DNA from: Rhynchopus sp. YZ270_cl-10
Lineage: Eukaryota
Assembly: GCA_964035575.1 (NCBI GenBank)
Contig: OZ037835.1
Location: 806,001-870,000 of the forward strand
Length of the DNA: 64,000 nucleotides
Direction: 5' to 3'
The notes beneath the pieces were generated by a model that was not told the DNA's origin, did no database searches, and saw only the letters and a list, made by a program, of their open reading frames with translations. Position numbers and translations under genes: made by a program. Position 1 is the stretch's first letter; every line of letters begins with the position of its first letter. This document shows positions 41,951 through 55,435 of the stretch, piece by piece.

Positions 41951-42040
41951 TTGGGAGGTGTTGGGAGGCGTTGGGAGGTGTTGGGAGGTGTTGGGAGGTG
42001 TTGGGGGGCGTTGGGGGGTGTTGGCGGGCGTTGGGAGGTG
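41951..42040. repeat. G-rich decamer tandem (TTGGGAGGTG)x9; shorter run at ~43861-43915
   Basis: Direct reading. Confidence 0.9.
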
Positions 42041-42194
42041 AGGCACTTTTTTTCCCACCGGCGTGAGCCTTTTTCTCGTTGGTGAAGTTTTTTAAACACC
42101 TGCATTATCATTTCCGGAATCCGTCCTCGCTGTGGTGGGGTCAATTTGCCGAAATGGACAAGTTCTGAGTACATACGTGATCAATTTTCTCACG

Positions 42195-42924
42195 CACAGT
42201 ATACACAGTATACACAGTATACACAGTATACACAGTATACACAGTATACACAGTATACACAGTATACACAGTATACACAGTATACACAGTATACACAGTA
42301 TACACAGTATACACAGTATACACAGTATACACAGTATACACAGTATACACAGTATACACAGCATACACAGTATACACAGTATACACAGTATACACAGTAT
42401 ACACAGTATGCACAGTAAAGACAGTATACACAGTCTTCACAGTATACACAGTATACACAGTATACACAGTATACACAGTATACACAGTATACACAGTATA
42501 CACAGTATACACAGTATACACAGTATACACAGTATACACAGTATACACAGTATACACAGTATACACAGTATACACAGCACACACAGTATACACAGTATAC
42601 ACAGTATACACAGTATACACAGTATACACAGTATACACAGTATACACAGTATACACAGTATACACAGTATACACAGTATACACAGTATACACAGTATACA
42701 CAGTATACACAGTATACACAGTATACACAGTATACACAGTATACACAGTATACACAGTATACACAGTATACACAGTATACACAGTATACACAGTATACAC
42801 AGTATACACAGTATACACAGTATACACAGTATACACAGTATACACAGTATACACAGTATACACAGTATACACAGTATACACAGTATACACAGTATACACA
42901 GTATACACAGTATACACAGTATAC
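42195..42924. repeat. 9-bp satellite (CACAGTATA) x ~81
   Basis: Near-perfect tandem array with a few variants (~42361, 42410-42437, 42578). Confidence 0.98.
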
Positions 42925-42970
42925 CATAGCTGCACAGTACAGTACAGTTCTCGTTTTTGGTCAATTTCCG

Positions 42971-43656
42971 CACAGTACGCAGTACACAGTACACAGTACA
43001 CAGTACACAGTACACAGTACACAGTACACAGTACACAGTACACAGTACACAGTACACAGTACACAGTACACAGTACACAGTACACAGTACACAGTACACA
43101 GTACACAGTACACAGTACACAGTACACAGTACACAGTACACAGTACACAGTACACAGTACACAGTACACAGTACACAGTACACAGTACACAGTACACAGT
43201 ACACAGTACACAGTACACAGTACACAGTACACAGTACACAGTACACAGTACACAGTACACAGTACACAGTACACAGTACACAGTACACAGTACACAGTAC
43301 ACAGTACACAGTACACAGTACACAGTACACAGTACACAGTACACAGTACACAGTACACAGTACACAGTACACAGTACACAGTACACAGTACACAGTACAC
43401 AGTACACAGTACACAGTACACAGTACACAGTACACAGTACACAGTACACAGTACACAGTACACAGTACACAGTACACAGTACACAGTACACAGTACACAG
43501 TACACAGTACACAGTACACAGTACACAGTACACAGTACACAGTACACAGTACACAGTACACAGTACACAGTACACAGTACACAGTACACAGTACACAGTA
43601 CACAGTACACAGTACACAGTACACAGTACACAGTACACAGTACACAGTACACAGTA
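42971..43656. repeat. 7-bp satellite (CACAGTA) x ~98
   Basis: Essentially perfect tandem array. Confidence 0.98.
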
Positions 43657-44102
43657 GCAGTACAGCACCAGAGGTCGGGATTTTCCCTTGGAGGGCGTCT
43701 AAATTAATACATTTTTCGCTTTTTTTCCCAAATTTCCACTTTGCCTTTGCCACTATTTTTTTGTTTGACTTGGAACCGGGACCCCCCTGGAACCCCCTCC
43801 AGAAGGGGGTACAGAACACCCTCAAAAAAAAAAAATCCCAAAATTCGGGCTAAATTGGAGGGGTGTTGGGAGGTGTTGGGAGGCGTTGGGAGGGCGTTGG
43901 GAGGCGTTGGGAGGGTTTGCCGTTTTTTGCAAATCAGGTGGTGCAGGTTTCTGCATCTATTTTTTTTTTTTTGTTCGAATTTGGTGTTTTGGCTGAGTCC
44001 AAAAAAAAGGCCACTTTTCCAGGACTTGGTTAGGGCAGGATTGGCTTTTTTTCAGCCACACCACGAATGTTAGCTACTCGAATTTTTTTTGGTAATGCAG
44101 AT

Positions 44103-44210
44103 CCACCTGATTTTTACCCCGCGTATAAGCGCGTAAAGGCCCGAAAAGGCCAAACCCCACCCATTTTCCCCAGCCTTTACGCGCCTATACGCGGGGTAAA
44201 AATCAGGTAG
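44103..44210. mobile_element. Short MITE, CCACCTGATTTTTACCCCGC family
   Basis: Long imperfect TIR. Flanks CAGAT/TAGAT. Homologous to 46235-46370. Confidence 0.8.
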
Positions 44211-44671
44211 TAGATGTAAGAGAAGAGAGTTAAATTGTAAGATTGCATGCGAGACACACAACTTTTCGGACTGTTTGTTATCGTGTTGGAATATGATTGG
44301 TTTTGAAAGTTGGCCGCATCTTCCTTGGTAGGTCAGAGACAGTTGTTCGGGATGAGGCCAAGGCACCGGAAAGTTGCCTCGCGCTAGGGGAAGAGAAAGA
44401 TTTTAAAAAAAAAAAATGTGTGAAGTTTTTTTTTAGTGTCTGACAAAAAACGTTGAGCACGCTCAACGGGGGGGGGGGTGCAGTTCACAAAGAAAAAGGT
44501 ATCCACACACAAAAAAAATAGCTTTGGTCCAGTCGTAAGACTTCGCGACTTGGGTTCTCAAAGTTACGTTTTTTATATTTTTTCAGAAAAAAACAAATCA
44601 AAAAATGGAGAACGGGAGGAATTTTTTTCTTTTCATTTCCAGACGTTTTTTTTTTTTTTTTTGCATTCGTA

Positions 44672-44959
44672 CCAGGCTCTCCGCTAGGATTTCCGATTTT
44701 GAAAAAGTTCTGTTGATGGTCCACGTTGGTGGGTACATGCTTGCGCCGCAGGCGCACGGTACGCAACTTTTTTTTTTTCCAACACCCGGTTTTGACTTTT
44801 TTGGGACGTTTGAGCACTCACCTCTCCAGATCTTCTTCTCCTGAGCTTTTTTGACAAGTAGCACGGGTCTGAACCACTCAACAGAACTTTTTTTTTTCCC
44901 CATTTTCAAAAAGTTCTGTTGACAATCAACAGAACTTTAGTACCTAGCGGAGAGCCTGG
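44672..44959. mobile_element. MITE with 17-bp TIR CCAGGCTCTCCGCTAGG (hAT-like)
   Basis: Perfect inverted termini. ATTCGTAC occurs on both sides (44665-44672 and 44962-44969), slightly offset from the termini. Confidence 0.7.
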
Positions 44960-46027
44960 AAATTCGTACGAAACGAAGAAAAGTTTTTAAAGTGAATCTA
45001 AGCTGCTTCTTCCTATACGACTCATATTAGTAGCCTTTTGCGCTTAGTTCACATTACAACAAAATAGGATGATAAGGAATAGCATCGCACGATGCAAACA
45101 CTCTTTACAAAGAGAAATAGAGCTGCGGATGCAAAATAAAAAAAAAGAAGGGGAAAAAAATGGGGTGTGCTGTGAATACGGGAGGGGACCCACACTCCTG
45201 GAACTTCACCCCTGTAGAAATAATCATCACACTCTGCTCTTCTGCATGCGAAAAGACGCTGTTCGGACGCAGCCAGAACCACTGGGATGCCTGAAATGTT
45301 CCAGAAAGGGCCTACTTCACCGGCACTACAAAACAATGCAACGAGACCGACTACGCCTGAAAAATATAGGCATGTCTGGAAAAGCTCTCTGAGGCGTTGG
45401 CTGAGACGTACATAATACTTACAATCAGCTCAGCCATGTCTAAGTATTGAAAACTTGGTTGTATTCGTGTAGATACCCCCGAGGATCAACTCCACTATAC
45501 AAAACCGCTTTTACGGAACTGATGAACACGATTGATGATCGCTCATGTGTGGCAGATGCCACACTGCTGACTATAAAAGTATACTATAGTCTAATATAAT
45601 AGAGTATTAGTACGTCTCAGTCACGCCTCTATCAGGCCTTAGCGAGGCTTGTTCGGCCTCGTTGCATTGCATGGGAGTACTCACCCTTTTTTTCCAAGTC
45701 ATGTGAATTTAAAAAAAAAATTAATAGTATCAGAACAAAGGTTAGTATGGAGGCTAATAGAAGAACTCCCCTCAGTGGGGGAAAGTTGTTCTGATGACAA
45801 ACGGTCAGAAGTTAACAAAAAAAAACAAAAAAAAAGCAAAAAAAAACCTGCAAAGATACGCCGCATTTTTGCAGGGAGTAAAAATGGGTAAGAACAAAAA
45901 TAATGATTTCATTACAGCTTTCAAATGTCAGGAAAAGTGGAAAGCATGACAGGGGTGGACCATCCCCTTTAAAATATTTATTTATTTTTTCATACAAAGA
46001 TCTCTTTAGACTGGGAACGGAGGGGGG

Positions 46028-46067
<40 letters not shown>

Positions 46068-46234
46068 ATAAGATGATACCTAAGCCTCTCGTGCTTAGTC
46101 ACCTTTTTTTAAAAAAAAAAGTTGATAGTGCAAAACGCCTCTGGGACAAAGGCATTGACGCTCCACGGGTATCGGAGTGTTGCAAAAAAAAAATTCGTGA
46201 TGTAGAGGCTTTCCCCCTACACAAAGGACAAGAT

Positions 46235-46370
46235 CCACCTGATTTTTTACCCCGCATAGGTGCGTATAGTCGCGTAAAGGCGCGTAAAGGCCCGTACAGG
46301 CCAAACCACACCCATTTTTCCCAGCCTTTACTCGCTATACGCACCTATACGCGGGGTAAAAATCAGGTGG
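46235..46370. mobile_element. Short MITE, CCACCTGATTTTTACCCCGC family
   Basis: TIR plus exact 5-bp TSD AAGAT (46230-46234, 46371-46375). Confidence 0.85.
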
Positions 46371-49300
46371 AAGATACAGAGAAGAGGGGGGGAAAAAACA
46401 GAAACGAATACAATCTGTGAATGTGGTGAAACAACAGTGAATCATCACATCTGTGGGAAAAAATAAAAAATTCAAAAAAAAAAAAAATAGTAATGAACCT
46501 TCACGAGCACCAGAAGCTTCTTTTTTTTCTGGGAGGGAGAGACAGAGACAACCGAGAATAGAGAGAGGAAACAATACACCTAAACAATGCCCCCTCATGT
46601 TTCTCTTTCGAAAGAAGAAAGACAAAAATATGTTTTTTTGTGTTTTGTTTTGTTTTTTTTTTGGCCTTTTTTTCGTTTCCTCAAGTCAATTTATTTCCCG
46701 CCTCCATTTTGTACTATTTCTGGTCTTTAGGGTGCTGTGTTGGTTATCAAACAATTTTCTTTTTTTTTTTTTTTTTGAAAATAATATTTTCAAAAAAAAA
46801 AAGGTTTTTTGGGTAAACATGAGACCAAGCCCTCAGTGTTGCTTGGCCGCCTAATAGAGAGTTAGTGGGCGAGGTTAGGGTTCGTAGCTAGATAATAGTT
46901 TTAGAGAAGGGGAAGGGGGAGAGCGGAGAGGGCAAATGGCTACATAAAAAAAGGTAGTCAAAGCCCACAGGCGAGCAGGGAGGGAGGGAGGGGGGAAATT
47001 GCACAACGGAATTTTTGTTTTCCATTACTTTAGTTTTACCGTATTCGTACAAAATTATCGGCTGTACTTACTGTTTGAGCGTTAAAAAAAATGTTCGACC
47101 TTTTCAGGATTTTTTTTTTCTGGAAGTTCGACCTTTTTTTACGATAATTTTTGTACGAATGTGGTATTTCTTCTTTTTTTGAAAACTTGGTTGTAGTGTG
47201 GCCACCCTAGAGTGTGCTCCACTATAATTTTTTTTTTTGCCGAAATGAAGCAAAATAAAAGGGAGCTGATAGGGAGCCTCCTATAACCAACCATGTAGAT
47301 CTGACATTTGACTACCGAAAAAAAAAAAAATTTTTTTTTTTCGGCAGCCGTACGTAGTGGCACCCCCCTTTTTTTTTGGATGGATGCGATCAACAAACAG
47401 CAATGAATAAATAAAGAAGTGGGGGGTATTTCATTTTCCAAATCTATTGGCTTTCACTGTGTTTTATTTTCTGTACCACAGACAGAGAGGAGTAAGTGCA
47501 CGGGGGTAAGTACATAAAAAAAGATAGCCCAAAAAAAAAAAAAAGAAAAAAGAAAAAAGAAAAAAAAAAAAAACGCAAATTAGAGGGAGGGAGGTTGGTG
47601 GTAAAGGGAAATGAGATAATCGGTGGGTTACATGAAACGCAGAGCCTCCTTGCGTCAATATAATCCCCCAGAAAAGAAAAACGTTTTTTCTTTTTTTGAA
47701 AACCTGGTTGTATTAGTAGTAGCTGCTCTAGAGTGTGCGCCATTATACTAAACAGTGTTACGTCACCGCAGACGAGCGCGATGATCTTTCTTGTGCGGCA
47801 GTTTTTTTTTTTTGTTGTCGACAAATCACTTCCGCTCCAAAAAACGGAACAAAAAAGTTCACTGAATCACGTACTCAAAGTTGGTCGAAGCCTTTGTACT
47901 GCAGAAGGCTTAGACGTAGGTCGTCCTCAACCCTGAAGCACAACTTTTATTTCTTCACTTTTTTTCAAAAAAAAAAAAATCTTTAAGACTACGACAAACA
48001 GGGATTGGCAGCCATTTATTTCGGGAACACAGAAAAAAACAAAAGAATTTGGCAAGACGAGGCAAAAGCTTCAATTTTATCATTTTTTTTTCTTTTGAGT
48101 AAATATCAAACCTGCACGGCGTCAAGAGGGGCTACTAGTGGAACTACTAGTCGTAAAACACTGATTATTTGAACTACTGGAAATCCTCCTGACTAGTTTA
48201 CCGTGCGGGGGAGTAAGGGGCAGGGGGGTTTGAAAAGTTTGTTTCAACTTTGTTTTGTTTTTGTTTTTGTTTTTGCTATTCTGTTTGTTTTGTCCTGTAT
48301 TTCATTGTAGTACTTTGTACCGTGTGGTGGGGGGGGGCAAGGGGTAGGGGGGGTTTTGAAACTGCGAGTGAAAAACTCACCGCGCGTTGGTTACGTTATC
48401 TCGATTTAAGATTTTTGTTTCATAAATATTAGTTCTTCCTTCCTCTTCTTTCTTTTTTCCAAATGCAATTTGATGGACAAAATGCATAAAGGAGACCCAC
48501 ATCGAATACGTTAAGATGTCGAAGTGATTAAAGAAAAGGAGTTTCTTTGAAGAAAAGTTAACACAAAAAAATGTACGAAATAAAGTGGGGGTAAACCTTC
48601 GAGCAAGACCAAAAAAAACAAAAAAAACGGGGTTGATTCTGAGTAATCATGTACAGTGTGAAGTGGGTATAGATTTTGCACAAAGCACGGCGACAAAATC
48701 AAAAAACTGCGAGGGGAAAGGGAGAAATCAAGAAAAAAAAGAGAATTTTTTTTTCTAGCAAAATTCTGTAGGTAGGGTTCGGGGGTGGGAACACGCAGTA
48801 CCCATTTGTGGGGTAAGAGGGTACTGTAATCATACAACTTATTGATTGTAAAAAAGGTCGAACTTCCAGAAAAATCCTGAAAAGGTCGAACATTATTACA
48901 ATCAATAATTTTTTTACGATTACGGGAGATCCACGAGCGGTAGGTAGGAGGAAAGACCCTATTGTGTGATGAATGTGCCTCACAGTGCGCATACATGCAC
49001 ACATCTTTGACAAAAAGAAAAAAGGAGACGAAAGAAAGAAATAAAAAAAGAAAGATAAGTTGAAAGTGCAAAACATCGCCTCGCCGGACATCAGCGGGCA
49101 ACAGAGCATCTGGGTCTCTTGGTTATCGAGACTCTAGAGTGCACTTTAACATAAAAAAACAGACACTACCTGATGAGTCACCTTCTCTTGTGTACAGTGG
49201 TGACAACATGATGTAAATTTTTTGTTTTTGAGAAAAAAAAAGAAAAATGGTTGGTTCTCTCTGTTTTGCTCTACGAAATTGTTAAAGAAAGAGAAACAAC

Positions 49301-49398
49301 AAAACAAACAAAAAAAAAATTGATATGAATTATGAAACCTTGGCAGTCCCTACTGATCCCGCTGGACTGTCTTCGCATAACTCCGAAAATAAAATAAA

Positions 49399-49518
49399 GG
49401 GGGATAGTCAGATTTACTCTACCCTATTTTTGAAAAAGTTCAGACTTGCCCTAAAAACACTTTTAGGGAAAATCTAAACCTTTTTCAAAATAGGGTAGAG
49501 TAAATCTGACTATTCCCC
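49399..49518. mobile_element. 120-bp foldback MITE with 9-bp TSD (Mutator-like)
   Basis: GGGG.ATAGTCAGATTTACTCTACCCTATTTT inverted at both ends. TAAAATAAA on both flanks. Confidence 0.8.
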
Positions 49519-50390
49519 TAAAATAAAATAGAAAACTGACCCAAGGAGACGATTGGATACACAGGAGGAAAATGGTTTGTGCTATTTTTTGCTTTGTTTT
49601 GTTTTTTTGTTTTTGTTTTACGGATTTTGCAGGGATATATGCCTATATCATCCTTCATTCCCCACACCTCCCTCTTCTCTTCTGTCATACGAGGATGTGA
49701 TGATCGCCAAAAATCGACAATCCATTTGGATATGCATCTAATAAGAACCAAGCGCATTCGACAAGAAAGAAAATTCACTGTGAGTAAAGCGGGGGGGTAT
49801 AGGGAAGATAGAGATACATACAGAGCATCTAATCCGAGTCAATCGGTAGTATTAAAGAGGGATAAGAAGAAAAAAAAAAACGTTTATAAGATGAACCTAA
49901 GCCTCTCGTGATTTGGTCTGATTAGATTATTCTTTGGTTTATTCATCGGTCATTTGTTTTTTTTGTGTATTTTTGTGTGTGTTATTGCTTTAGTCACCTT
50001 GAAATAAGGTTTTAACTAAAGCTAAATAGAACTCTTGTGACTCCAGAGGTAGTAAAGTGATTGGAAACTAAAACAAGGAAGACATTGTGGTCCTGGGGAA
50101 GTGCAGCACCCTTATAGAAGCAACTGACGTGGCAAGGAACTAGATGTCCCACGACAGATGCAAGACAAAGGATGCCTGCCACCCCCCTTGAGGTACGCAC
50201 AGTGCCGCCTAGCAGTCCGTTGTGGTGAAGGTCAAAAAAAAAAACCTTTGCATTCCTTGCATGAAAAGCAGAGGACGTTGTCAAATAGAGAGAAGAAGGA
50301 GGAGAAAGAAAAGAGTAGTGGAAAAACGTGCCAAAATTGTTTTCATATACTATCTATTCTACTGAATAGAAGGTATAATAAATAAACGTG

Positions 50391-50424
<34 letters not shown>

Positions 50425-51417
50425 GCAGTTTGCTTGTGCTCATGATGAAAGAAAAGAAAATTTTCCAAACTTTCTTTTGTTTCATGTGGATTGTGTGTTT
50501 CTGACAGTGAAACAGAGAAAGAAAGAACAGAGAATAACTTGTCATCGAAAAGCCAAGGGCGAAGGTAACCCCCCAAAACGAAGGTCTTTGACAGCACTTC
50601 GGGCTTTTTGCTGATGACTGATGACTACCTGGAAGGGCAGTTTGAAAAATGTTTTTTTGTTTTTGTTTTGTTTTGAAAAGTGCTTTGTGCTCTGCATGTT
50701 TTTGATTAATAGTGTTGTAGACGAGGGTCGTACCTAAAGAAGGAAAGGAGAGTTGTTCCGTGATGTGTTTAAAGCACATTTTTTTTCTAAATCCAAATAA
50801 GTTAAAGCCTTGTGAGCATAGTCTTTATCACAACCGTGATCATAAAAGGAAAACACAGGGTGCATGTAGGGAAGGAGAAATTTTAAAAAAAAATGATCAC
50901 AAAATGATTTTTAAAAGGGTAACAAGGTACCCAGTCGAGAAGGGATACTGTAGGACAATATTGGCGACCAAAAAAAGTCGCCAATAACAAGAAAACCCTC
51001 AAAATCTGCCGACACTTTTTTTTTTGGTTGCCAATAGTAGTTGAATATTGTAGGTACATTTTCCTTCCAACAACAACGAAGAATATGTTGGGGATATGGG
51101 CCACCTGATTTTGCCTGAAATTTTGAATCGTATTAGTGTTTAAATACCACCAAAAAACACAAAATTTCCAGGAAAAAAATGAGGAAAAGCAGGTGTGATG
51201 AAAAAGATACAAGACTGGTTTTCAAAACATGCCTATACAAAAATGTGGTTCCTGTGCAAGAGAAAAAAAATGCAAAAACCCAGGAAATCTTCAAATAGAG
51301 GCTGCAATGATGTATGGACACACACCCCGAGAAAGTGTTTTGTGTGCTGTCCATGAAATGCAGTGTTTTGGCTTGTTGTTGGGTAGGGAAGCGGTGTTCC
51401 TTTTTAAAACGTTTTGT

Positions 51418-51719
51418 TGGTGTGGCTGAGTCCAAAAGTGTCAACCTGGCGTTCCCTCACCCCTTCCTGTGGTTGTTTGATGCGTTGACGCTTCCACACG
51501 GTTGGGGCGAGAAAACGACGTGACACTTTCCGGATACAGAGTAGTATACGTAAAAAAAATACCGTATTCGTAAAAATATTCGACCGTAAAAAAGGTCGAA
51601 CTTCCAGAAAAATCCTGAAAAGGTCGAACATTAGTACGGTCGATGCAATGAAAAAACCCCGTTCGTCTTTTGTTTAGTTAGGTACGCAACCCGCACAATT
51701 GGCTTTTTCAGCCACACCA
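51418..51719. mobile_element. MITE with TIR TGGTGTGGCTGA and 5-bp TSD; shorter relative at ~43982-44063
   Basis: TTTGT on both flanks. The relative is flanked by CGAAT with one extra T on the left. Confidence 0.7.
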
Positions 51720-54700
51720 TTTGTGAAATGAACTCTCATTTGCAGTTATTTGTAGTTAGTTTTTTTCTCTCAAAAAGTTTTTTAAAAAAATACAATTGTA
51801 TTTCTTGGCTTCTTGTACTATTATGAAAAGTGTGGAGGGGGAGGGGAGGGAACAGAATAAAGGGGTGGGTGATGTTTGCTGTTTACGGTGAAGTATTTCA
51901 ACATATGCAATCAATAAATTGATAGCATAGGAGGGGGGATCAACAAAAATGTTAAGGGAGAAGGGGAAAAAATCCAAAAAGAAAAACAAAAGAAAAAATA
52001 ATCACTATTCAGTAACGGAGGAGTTACACAGCGAAGAAAAAAATAGATCGGGCGTAATTTTTTTTTTTTAAATAAACCAGATGATCGAGATCACCTCAAA
52101 GGGGGTCAGAGTTTTGTTTAAAAAAACGTTTTTTTTTAGAATTCAATTGACCAAGGTTTGGGAGGGGTTTAAAAAAAAAAACAATCCTTGGGAGAGGCTG
52201 GGGGGAAGAGGGTGGGGGGGGTGTTAAGGGTAAAAAAATCTCGAGTTTGCATGAGTCTATTTTCGCTAAAAACGTTTTTGTTTTTTCAATTTTACAAAAA
52301 AAAAAATCGTTTTTTGGGAAATTCGCCGGAAAATAGGGGTTATGCAACCCTAGGTATGGGAGTGAGGCAAAGAACAAGACAAAAAAAAAAAAAAAAAATT
52401 CAATTTTCATATACTTTCCATCCAAAGAAGAGAAAGCACACAAAAGGGACGTTCAAAAAAAAAAAAACACATCCCAAAATCAAATAAACAAAGGGGGGGA
52501 AAAAAACACAAGAACTGCCATTCTCCAAAATCACGTTGAGTCACCGTGACTTCACCAATACTATTTTTTTTTTCTGACTCCGGTGAATCAGAAAGAAAAA
52601 AAATGTCATCGGTAACTCACTCATGATTTCACAGTATGCAGAACATAAAACAAAAAAAAAACAAAAACAAAACAAAACAAAAAAAAAGAATAGAAAAAAG
52701 AAAATAAATGTTGCTTCATATACTATCTATTCTACTGAATAGATGGTATAATAGGGTGCACTAAATGTACCCAAACAGAAAAGAAATGAAAAAAAATATG
52801 AAACCTAAGCTTCTCTGTGCTTGGTCACTAGGTTTGGTAAGATGATGCGCAACTCCCATGCTCAGTCACCTTCGAAAAGAGAGAAAAAAAAATGCGGAAA
52901 AGAAAACAAAATAATATGAAAGAGATGAAGAAATGCGTCGCATGCGCAGTCACCCTTTAATTGTTTTCATATAATAACTATTCTACTGAATAGAAGGTAT
53001 AATAGGGTGCACTAAATAAGCAGTCATCCTTTTAAAAAAAGAAGAACCATTAAAAAGATGATACTTAGCCTCTGATGCTTAGTCTGATTAGATTATTCTT
53101 TGGTTCTCATGCTTAGTCATCTTGCAATCTTACACACTCAAGAAAAGAGAAGTTGAAAGTGCAAAAAAAAAAAACGCCTCACCGTTCATCGGAGGACGGC
53201 AGATACAAAAAAAAAGGGGGTTTTTGGTAAAGATGCAGTTAGGCGAAATAGGGGGAAGGTGAACAAAACGAAATACTCTGACGTTTTTTTACAGTGAGTC
53301 GCATCTCTACGAGGCTGTGTCTAGTTAAGTGTGGACCCAATTTCCCGTCCATAATGAAGTCAACATCCGTAATAAAACGCACCACCCATAAAAAAAATTG
53401 CGACTCCCTGCACTCATTTTCCCCCACTAAATAATGTAGATGCTACCATCCACACCACACCAGTGGGCTATACCGTTCAGGCGGTACCCACTCTAAGTCT
53501 GTTAACAAAGGAAAACCACATCACACACAAAAAACGAAACCTGTTGGGGTAAGCGTAACTACCAAACAGTCTTTTCTCTCCAAAAGACCTTCAAAAAAAA
53601 ATAAAATTTAATTTAATTTTTTTTGTGTTGTATCGACAACCACTCTACGCCTGGTACAAAAAAGATCTGTATATTTTTTGAAATCTTATTCTTGAAGACA
53701 CCCCAAAGGATGTGTTCTGCAGGCTATATCATTCTTTTTTGAAAAATTGTTGGAATAGTATTGTTTGCCACCCTGTGCAAGCTCCATTGTCAGGTTTTGT
53801 TGTATCACGACTACATCGCCTAAGAACCCGCTTGGGGAACCTAGGGTCTGTACTCAATGTTGGCCAAAGAATTTTTTTTGTGTACCCTGCCTACGTCCTC
53901 GTAGTAAAGAGTAGTTGAAAACGAAAGCGAAAGCGAAAAATGTGCTATAAACACGGCTCAATCGAGCTCATGCAAATAGGTGGGATGTGAGTGATGCTCA
54001 CCGTAAGAGAGTGGAGACGGGTTCACAACCGTGTTCTAAACAATAGTGAAAACGATGTATTGTATCACCTATCTCGGATAGGGGTACATGCATGGGCTCC
54101 CACGTTCTAACAATAGCGAAAATGTAACACGAACCTTAGTAGCTCATGTTTTGACACCAAAAAAAAAAAAGGGTTGTCATGATATCTACGCAGCTCCCTG
54201 CATAGGCCACTGAAAGAAACAAAAAAAAAGTTGGCTTAAAATCAGGGAAGTTCCTAAGTGGGACCGAGAACATGAAATTCTGGATTTTAGTTTTTTTTTC
54301 CTTTTTTTTTTTCCTTTTTTCCTTAGGGGGCTTTGTTGTGGTTTCTGGTGGGTTTCACTGTAGGTGACACACCACCAGTGTGGTGAAATGGTCGAAACTC
54401 TCAAAAGCAAGAGTTTTCAGGGGGCAAGAAAAAAAAATTGACAACAAAATCCTGCACCGTCCAGGGCTGTACCCCCAATTTATTTTTGCCTGCGGCGCCA
54501 TTTTTCATTTTTTGCTCTTCAAAAAAGTGTTCGTCGAAGGCTAGATTTTTACGCCGTACTCAAAATTTTTTGCCTGCGGCGCCATTTATATTATTTTCTG
54601 CTCCGCAAAAAGAGAAGTGTAAACGCCTCACCGTTCATCGGCGGAAGCACTGGTTCCACGGGTTATCGAACCCCAGAGAGCACTTCATTGGCATGCACAC

Positions 54701-55435
54701 GGTTACCACTAGGGAGCGTGTATGCAGGTACAAAATCACTGCCCCATCCAAATAATATTCCCAACGTCTTTGGGGATCCCCTTGCATTTTGCAGCCAAAA
54801 ATGCAACTAGGCCAAAGCTGCAAAAAGTTCCGCGCGCGTGTAGCGCGCCGGGGTTTGGGACCCCTTTTTGAATTTCGAGGGGCGGTTAAAGTGGGCCCAG
54901 AATCACAGTTCTGACACTCATTTAGCATTGTGAGCAACTCACTAGTGGTCGTAACCAAAATTTGTATCAATCAAGAACTTGTCCATTTTTTCGAAATGAC
55001 CCCACTACAGTGAGGGTAGAGCTCAGAAAGCCTGAAAAAGGGCAAAAAACCCCCACCCAAAAAAAGGAAAAAAACGGGAACATAAATCCAGAATTTTGCT
55101 GTTTTTTCCGAGAACAAGGAACAACCCTGCTTAAAATACAACAGTCCGCTCGTTGAGAGTATGCCTTGGTACATTACCGGGTGTGCCGAGGTGCACACCC
55201 CAACCCGTGCAGTTCATTTCGTGGTTAACTTCTGGAAAAAAAGGGGGAAGATGAAAGTGCCAACGCCATTGCAATCATCGTTTGAAACCTTAATGTACAA
55301 CGCTCTTGCTGATTCTAAAAAGGAGGGTAAAAAATCGCGGGAAAAGAAAACGGAAAAAGGCGGGGTTAAAATGGCTTCCCCACCCCCCCCAGGATTTCAA
55401 ATTGCATTCTGGAATATTAAAAATCACCCTTCTTT

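Larger units (their letters stand above)
41931..43941. mobile_element. Non-autonomous TIR element (CCACCTGA...TCAGGTGG) with 5-bp TSD carrying satellite arrays
   Basis: TGCAG at 41926-41930 and 43942-43946. TTGGGAGG(T/C)G decamer runs near both ends. Confidence 0.8.

Noticed and set aside
42195..43656. CRISPR array or telomere
   Set aside because: No unique spacers and no cas genes. The units are not G-rich telomere-type and the arrays sit inside a TIR element.
42092..43853. Long ORFs such as (HSI)n, (YCVLCTV)n and (CIL)n
   Set aside because: Translations of stop-free 9-mer and 7-mer satellites.
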